Positions 6,109 through 11,069 of a stretch of DNA of 11,069 bases are shown one piece after another. Each line of letters opens with the position of its first letter. The stretch's first letter is position 1. The position numbers were made by a program, and so were the translations under genes. Source of the DNA: Candidatus Fervidifonticultor secundus (GTDB lineage: Bacteria; Sysuimicrobiota; Sysuimicrobiia; Sysuimicrobiales; Humicultoraceae). The notes under the pieces were generated by a model that did not search any database, was not told where the DNA came from, and saw nothing but the letters and a program-made list of their open reading frames with translations. Location of the stretch: contig JAVKIP010000042.1 of the NCBI GenBank assembly GCA_031459385.1, positions 1-11,069 on the forward strand, given 5' to 3'.

Positions 6109-7008
6109 TCACGGCGTCCGTTCGGCGCCCGCTACAAGCTGTCGTGCCGCGACCCCCATGCCCTCGTGCAGGATCCGCGCGCCGGCCAGAGCCGCCAGAT
6201 CCCTGACGTCCAGGTCCGGGTTGAGCTCGACCACGTCCATGCCCACCAGCCGGCCGCGCAGCGAGGCCACGATGTCGAGCACCTGCCGGGTCGTCAATCC
6301 GCCCGGCACAGGATGCGACACACCGGGCGCACAGGACGGATCGAGCCCGTCCAGATCCACAGACACGTAGACAGGCGCGCCGGCGGGCACCGGTAAACGA
6401 CCGCGCCACCGACCTGCGAGATCGCCCGGGGAGAGGGTGCGCAGGCGACTGCGATATTGTGCGGCCACCTGCGCCTGCTCGGCGTTCGTGGTCCGCACGC
6501 CGATCTGCGTGATGCCGGCCACGTGGTCCATCTCGAGCATCCGGGCCGCGGTGCAGGCGTGGGATGCGCGGCTGCCCCCAAACGCCGGGTACAGGTCGGG
6601 ATGGGCGTCGATCTGAACGATGTGCACGGCCTCGCCGAGGACCTCCAGCGCCGCCACGACCGGGACGGTGACCGCGTGGTCGCCGCCGACGAAAAACGGG
6701 ATTCGGCCCGCGCGGAAGATCGCCGCCGCCCGGTCGCGGTAGGACGCGGCCGTCTCTTCCCAGGACTCGAGCGGAAGCCAGTCGCTCAGATCGGCAACCG
6801 CGCCGGCCAGATCGACGCCGGACTCGGTGGCGGAGTTGTAGCAGCGGCCGTCGTAGGCGGCGCGCATCCGCGCCGGGCCCCCGCGAGCGCCCCGGCGGTA
6901 GGACGACTGGGAGTCGTCGGGCAACCCGACGAAGACCACCCGGGCCAGGCGCTGCTGCTCCGGGTCAGCCGCGAAGCAGCCGGCGAACGGGATGATCTCG
7001 GCGCTCAC
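6109..7008 (-). CDS. Ureohydrolase (agmatinase/arginase family), plant-ARGAH-like subgroup, about 299 aa
   Basis: All binuclear-metal motifs are intact: GGDHAVT, DAHPD, SHAC, SVDLDGLDPSCAPG, DVVELNP. The real start is GTG 7008, in a GTGA overlap with the upstream stop. The 7494 extension in the ORF track is a different frame of the upstream gene. Confidence 0.93.
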   Translation of the reverse strand: MSAEIIPFAGCFAADPEQQRLARVVFVGLPDDSQSSYRRGARGGPARMRAAYDGRCYNSATESGVDLAGAVADLSDWLPLESWEETAASYRDRAAAIFRAGRIPFFVGGDHAVTVPVVAALEVLGEAVHIVQIDAHPDLYPAFGGSRASHACTAARMLEMDHVAGITQIGVRTTNAEQAQVAAQYRSRLRTLSPGDLAGRWRGRLPVPAGAPVYVSVDLDGLDPSCAPGVSHPVPGGLTTRQVLDIVASLRGRLVGMDVVELNPDLDVRDLAALAGARILHEGMGVAARQLVAGAERTP

Positions 7009-8285
7009 CACAGCCGCGCGAACGTGCCGCCGGTCAGCGCCACCCCCGGGTCGCTCAGGCTGCAGGCCGCGATGTCGGGAATCTGGCTGCGGAAGACCAC
7101 GCCGCCCTTCATGACCAGGCGGATCTCGCGGAGGTCGCGGATCCGCTCGTCCGGCCGGCCGTCTACGACCAGGAGGTCGGCGTACTTGCCGGCGGCCAGC
7201 GTGCCGACCTCGCCGTCGGTCCCGCACAGCCGCGCGGAGTTCCACGTCGCGGCGCGGATCGCCTCGGCCGGCCGCAGGCCCGCCTCGACCAACAGCTCCA
7301 CCTCCCGAATGGTCGCGACCGTGCCGTCCACGGGGTCGCTGGGCAGCAGGTCGGTGCCGCAGCACAACGTCACGCCGCGCCGGACTGCGCGCCTGATGGA
7401 CGCCAGGTGTTCGTCGGCTGCGGCCCGGGCTTTGGTCAGCATCCACTCCTGCACGCCGTGCCGCCGCATGTAGTCCAGTTCCTGGGTGACGCACAGCGTC
7501 GGCACCAGGAAGGTGCCCCGCGCCGCCATGGCCACCGCGGTCTCGTCGGTGAAGCTGTAGCCGTGCTCGATGCAGTCCACGCCCAGGCGCACGGCATCGG
7601 CGATGGCACCGTCGCCTCCGGTATGGGAGGCGACGCGCTTACCAGCGTTGTGGGCGACCTCGACCACCGCCGCGACCTCGGCGTCGGCCATCTGCTTCTG
7701 ATGGGGCTGCTCGCCGGGCGTGCCGATGCCGCCGGTCAGGCAGATCTTGAGCAGGTCGGCGCCGGAGCGGAGCTGCTCGCGCGCGGCGCGGCGGAAGCCG
7801 TCAGGCCCGTCGGCCTCCACGGTGCCCACCGAGTTGTGGCCGTGCCCGCCGGTGGCGATCATCGCCTGACCGGCACATCGGATGCGGGGCCCGGGGAGCA
7901 GACCGCGGTTGATGGCCTCGCGCACGTCGATGTCGGTGAAGTAGGGTTCGCCCACGATCCGCAGGCTGGTGGTGCCCGCCAGCAGCGCCTCCAGGGCCCG
8001 GCGATAGTTCAGCATCACCCGGTAGCCCGGCGTGAACGGATCGGCGCGCCGCTCGGGAAACGGCAGCCGCAGCCCGAGGTGCACGTGGACGTTGAACAGG
8101 CCGGGCATGACGGTCATGCCGCCGAGGTCGAAGGCGGCGTCGTCCGCCTGCGGGGCAGGGCACGACGGATCGGAGGCCGTACCGCACCATGTGATGCGAT
8201 CTCCGGTGATGATCACCGCGCCCTGGGGCACCGCCGGCGTCCCCGTTCCGTCCACGATTCGACAGTTCGTGAGAACGATGCGCAT
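7005..8285 (-). CDS. Metal-dependent amidohydrolase, COG1228 dipeptidase/carboxypeptidase-like (about 426 aa)
   Basis: AGGAGAGG SD before ATG 8285 (MRIVLTNCRIVDGTG). Motifs: DLGGMTVMPGLFNVHVH, TGGHG, ADLLKICLTGG (carboxylatable Lys), VASH, CIEHG, GTD, GTLAAGKYADLLVVDG.P, VMKGG. Confidence 0.92.
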   Translation of the reverse strand: MRIVLTNCRIVDGTGTPAVPQGAVIITGDRITWCGTASDPSCPAPQADDAAFDLGGMTVMPGLFNVHVHLGLRLPFPERRADPFTPGYRVMLNYRRALEALLAGTTSLRIVGEPYFTDIDVREAINRGLLPGPRIRCAGQAMIATGGHGHNSVGTVEADGPDGFRRAAREQLRSGADLLKICLTGGIGTPGEQPHQKQMADAEVAAVVEVAHNAGKRVASHTGGDGAIADAVRLGVDCIEHGYSFTDETAVAMAARGTFLVPTLCVTQELDYMRRHGVQEWMLTKARAAADEHLASIRRAVRRGVTLCCGTDLLPSDPVDGTVATIREVELLVEAGLRPAEAIRAATWNSARLCGTDGEVGTLAAGKYADLLVVDGRPDERIRDLREIRLVMKGGVVFRSQIPDIAACSLSDPGVALTGGTFARLW

Positions 8286-8304
8286 ACGTCCCTCTCCTCT
8301 CGCG

Positions 8305-9159
8305 CTACCGGGTGCGCTGCAGTCCGTCACTCAACAGGTTCGCACCAATCACCAGCAGGGCAATGGCCATCCCCGGGAACACCGTATTCCACCAGGCCAG
8401 GCTCTGCACCGAGCGACCCTCGCTCACCATGCTCCCCCAGGCCGGCGTCGGCGGCTGGACGCCCAGCCCCAGGAAGCTGAGTGCCGCCTCGGCCAGGATC
8501 ACGTTGGACATGTTGACCGCGCCGACCACCAGCAGCGGCGGCAGGATCGAGGGCAGGATGTGTCGCAGCACGATTCGGCCCTCCTCGGCACCCAGCGCCC
8601 GCGCGGCCAGCACGAACTCCCGCTCTCGCACCGCCAGGGTGTTGGCTCGCGCGATGCGCGCGTACTGGACCCAGCTCACGAAGGCCAGGACCAGGACCAG
8701 TTTGACCAGACTCTGGCCCAGGGCGGCCATGATGGCAATGGCGATGAAGACCGGCGGGAACGAAAGCTGAATGTCGATCAAGCGGCTGACGGCGCGGTCC
8801 ACCCACCGTCCAAAGTAGCCGGCGGCCAGGCCCAGCAGGATCCCCAACCCGCCGCCCAGGAACACCGAGAGCCCGGCGACCGCCATGGACACCCGCGCGC
8901 CGACCATCAGCCGCGCCAGCAGGTCGCGCCCCAGACGGTCGGTGCCCAGCGGATAGTTCCAGTCGCCGCCCGCCAGCCAGGCCGGAGGCTGCAGGGACCG
9001 CACCAGATCTTGTTCGGCGTAGCCGTGCCGGCTCAAGTGGGGCGCGAAGAGCGCGATGGCGGCCATCGCGCCCATGATGGCGACGCCGGCGAAGAAGGCC
9101 GCCGGCCGCCGGCGCCGGGGCCGACCCGGTGTGGGTGCCAGCTCAACGGCCATGGTCAT
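8305..9159 (-). CDS. Peptide/nickel ABC transporter permease, OppC/DppC-like
   Basis: YPLGTDRLGRDLLARL, EAA loop REREFVLAARALGA, RHILP, AEAALSFLGLGVQPP.P.WG, WW...FPG. ATG 9159 (alternative 9153) overlaps the OppB-like stop. Confidence 0.95.
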   Translation of the reverse strand: MTMAVELAPTPGRPRRRRPAAFFAGVAIMGAMAAIALFAPHLSRHGYAEQDLVRSLQPPAWLAGGDWNYPLGTDRLGRDLLARLMVGARVSMAVAGLSVFLGGGLGILLGLAAGYFGRWVDRAVSRLIDIQLSFPPVFIAIAIMAALGQSLVKLVLVLAFVSWVQYARIARANTLAVREREFVLAARALGAEEGRIVLRHILPSILPPLLVVGAVNMSNVILAEAALSFLGLGVQPPTPAWGSMVSEGRSVQSLAWWNTVFPGMAIALLVIGANLLSDGLQRTR

Positions 9160-10069
9160 AGCGAATCCTGGGGTCCAGGTACAGATACAGGAGATCGACG
9201 GTCAGGTTGATGACCACGAAGAGGGTGCCGACCACCAGCACCACGGCTCGCACGACGGGCAGGTCCCGCGTCTGGATACCCTGGAGCATCAGCCAGCCCA
9301 CACCGGGCCAGGCGAACACCGTCTCGACCACCACGGACCCGCCGAGCAGGTTGCCCAGTTGTAGCCCGAGCACCGTCACCGCGGAGATCAGCGCATTCCG
9401 CAGCGCGTGCCGCGCCAGCACCACGCGCTCGGCCGCGCCCTTGGCGCGCGCGGTGCGGATGAAGTCCGCGCGCAGCACCTCGACAATGTCGGCACGGACC
9501 AGGCGGATGATCAGCCCGGTGGTGTACACCGACAGCGTGAGCGCCGGCAGTACCAGCGAGGGCCAACCGTCGAATCCTGAGGCGGGCAGCAGGCGCAGCC
9601 GGTCCGCGAACAGGAGAATCATCAGGACGCCCAGCCAGAACGATGGCAGGCTGATGAGGACGAACGTGACCAGCGACACCGCCCAGTCCGCCGGGCCGCC
9701 CGCACGCGCACCCACATACACGCCCAGGGGGATGCCCGCGATGACGGTCAGCCCGATGGTCACCCCCGCCAGGAGCGCGGTGGCGGGCAGGCGGTGCATC
9801 ACCAGGGCGAACGCCGGCTGCTGGTAGCGGAACGACTCGCCGAGATCGCCGCGGAGGGCGCTCTTGAGAAAGGCCACGTACTGAACGGGCAGCGGCCGGT
9901 CGAGCCCGTAGAGCCGGCGCACCCGCTCCACGTCTTCAGGTGTGGCGTCCAGCGGCGTCAGCAGCCGAATCGGGTCGCCGCTCAGGTGGATGAGCAGGAA
10001 CACGAGGATGCTCACGGCCCCGAGCACCCACACCAGGTACCCGAGGCGCTGGATGACAAACCGTCCCAC
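9143..10069 (-). CDS. Peptide/nickel ABC transporter permease, OppB/DppB-like
   Basis: GDP, YGLDRPLPVQY, GDLGESF, RLPAT, SLPSFWLG, DFIRTARAKG, HALRNA, GSVVVETVFAWPGVG, RDLPVV, DLLYLYLDPRIR. GTG start 6 nt after the binding-protein stop. Confidence 0.96.
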   Translation of the reverse strand: MGRFVIQRLGYLVWVLGAVSILVFLLIHLSGDPIRLLTPLDATPEDVERVRRLYGLDRPLPVQYVAFLKSALRGDLGESFRYQQPAFALVMHRLPATALLAGVTIGLTVIAGIPLGVYVGARAGGPADWAVSLVTFVLISLPSFWLGVLMILLFADRLRLLPASGFDGWPSLVLPALTLSVYTTGLIIRLVRADIVEVLRADFIRTARAKGAAERVVLARHALRNALISAVTVLGLQLGNLLGGSVVVETVFAWPGVGWLMLQGIQTRDLPVVRAVVLVVGTLFVVINLTVDLLYLYLDPRIRYDHGR

Positions 10070-10075
10070 GCCGCG

Positions 10076-11068
10076 CTAGATCAGCCTGATATCCCCGAGC
10101 CTGATGATCCCGTCCGCGTGAGCCACCCACCCCTTGACGCGCTTCTGCCGCGCGTACACCCCCTGCTGGTTCCACAGGTAGACCCAGGGGCAGTCGCGAT
10201 GGAGAATCTGGTTCAGCCGCTTGTACATGTCGTTGCGGCGCGCCGCGTTCAGGGTCCTGGGGGCCTCCTGAATGAGACGGTTGGCTTCCTCGTTGTGATA
10301 CCCCTGCCAGGCCGCGCCCTTGCGGTCAGAGTCGAAGTTGATGCTGACCGTAGCGTCGAGCAGGACCCCGACCTGCTGGAAGAAGAAGGCGTCGTGGGTC
10401 TTGCCCAGCACGCCCTGCACGAACGGACTCCAGTCCATGACCTGGACCCGCGTGCGCACGCCGACCCGGGACCACATGCCGGCAATGGCCTCGCTCGCCA
10501 GGCGGTCGTTGAGGTAGCGGCCTTCCGGCGTCACCAGCGTCACGTCGAAGCCGGCGCCGAATCCGGCCTCGGAGAGGAGCTGCCTCGCGCGATCAGGATC
10601 GTACGGATACGGCCGCAGGCTCTCATCGTACCCGGGGATCCCCGGCCCGAACGCGCTGGCCAACCGGTAGGCCGCGCCGCGCATGACCGTGCGGATCAGG
10701 GTGTCCACGTCGGTGGCGTAGTTCATCGCCTGCCGCACCCGCACGTCCTGGAACGCCCGCACCCTCAGGGAGTTCAGCACCACGATCTGTGACGAGAGCT
10801 GGCGGAACGTGATCACCTCCACGTTCCGGGTGGCCTCGAGCTCGGGAATCTGAATGGGATCGACGGGGGTGATGAGGTGGGCCGCTCCGGTTTTGAGCTC
10901 GACCAGCCGCGTCGCCGACTCCGCTACCGGCCGCCAGACGATCCGCCGCAGCCTGGGTTGGCCGCTGAAGTGGGGCCGCTCGGCGAAGTCCATGACCATG
11001 CGCTGGCCGGGATTCCATTCGGTGAACCGGTACGGACCGGTCCCGATGGCCCGCTTGGTGGGATCCAC
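10076..11068 (-). CDS. ABC transporter substrate-binding protein, family 5 (OppA/DppA-like), 5'-partial
   Basis: IGTGPYRFTEW.PG, F.DVRVRQAMNYA.D, YPYDPDRARQLLSEAG, AIAGMW..VG, Y.N.EANRLI..A. The N-terminal part lies beyond the window end. Stop TAG 10078-10076. Confidence 0.95.
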   Translation of the reverse strand: MDPTKRAIGTGPYRFTEWNPGQRMVMDFAERPHFSGQPRLRRIVWRPVAESATRLVELKTGAAHLITPVDPIQIPELEATRNVEVITFRQLSSQIVVLNSLRVRAFQDVRVRQAMNYATDVDTLIRTVMRGAAYRLASAFGPGIPGYDESLRPYPYDPDRARQLLSEAGFGAGFDVTLVTPEGRYLNDRLASEAIAGMWSRVGVRTRVQVMDWSPFVQGVLGKTHDAFFFQQVGVLLDATVSINFDSDRKGAAWQGYHNEEANRLIQEAPRTLNAARRNDMYKRLNQILHRDCPWVYLWNQQGVYARQKRVKGWVAHADGIIRLGDIRLI

Positions 11069-11069
11069 C

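Noticed and set aside
7009..7494. Apparent 461-aa ureohydrolase with an N-terminal extension (possible fusion)
   Set aside because: The extra 162 codons are an alternative frame of the amidohydrolase gene (Arg/Gly-rich, non-homologous); the GTGA overlap at 7008 gives a normal-length enzyme.
8079..8093. NVHVH instead of DxHxH in the amidohydrolase
   Set aside because: Asn at this position is a common amidohydrolase variant, and both His ligands are intact.
8032..10792. Long antisense ORFs (8032..9210, 9207..9827, 9794..10792; likewise 4228..5181, 6457..7473, 7407..8480)
   Set aside because: Expected stop-poor shadow frames opposite well-supported genes in high-GC DNA; no motifs or ribosome-binding sites.
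1..11069. CRISPR array, rRNA/tRNA genes, defence or phage genes
   Set aside because: No regularly spaced repeats or RNA-gene signatures were seen; nearly all sequence is explained by the listed CDSs.

Overview
High-GC bacterial DNA in four parts. (1) The 3' end of an IS3-family (IS407-group) insertion sequence, cut off at the left edge, with its right inverted repeat ending at 470. (2) A minus-strand two-gene unit: a small Cys-motif protein and a YwiC-like membrane protein that appears to need a non-canonical CTG start. It sits behind a near-consensus, apparently leaderless sigma70 promoter. (3) A divergent plus-strand run: Pro/Gly-rich exported protein, MFS transporter, adenine-deaminase-family enzyme and NP-I nucleoside phosphorylase. 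Both enzymes carry substitutions in normally conserved motifs (SDHE->SDHT/REGS->QEKS; EME->EQE). (4) A convergent minus-strand operon: Opp/Dpp-type ABC substrate-binding protein (5'-truncated), two permeases, a COG1228-type metallo-amidohydrolase and a plant-arginase-like ureohydrolase, with no ABC ATPase in view. The best candidates for undescribed biology are two metabolic modules, one for a non-standard purine/nucleoside and one for an Arg/guanidino-containing peptide. Both are inferences from motifs and gene context only. No rRNA, tRNA or CRISPR array was seen.
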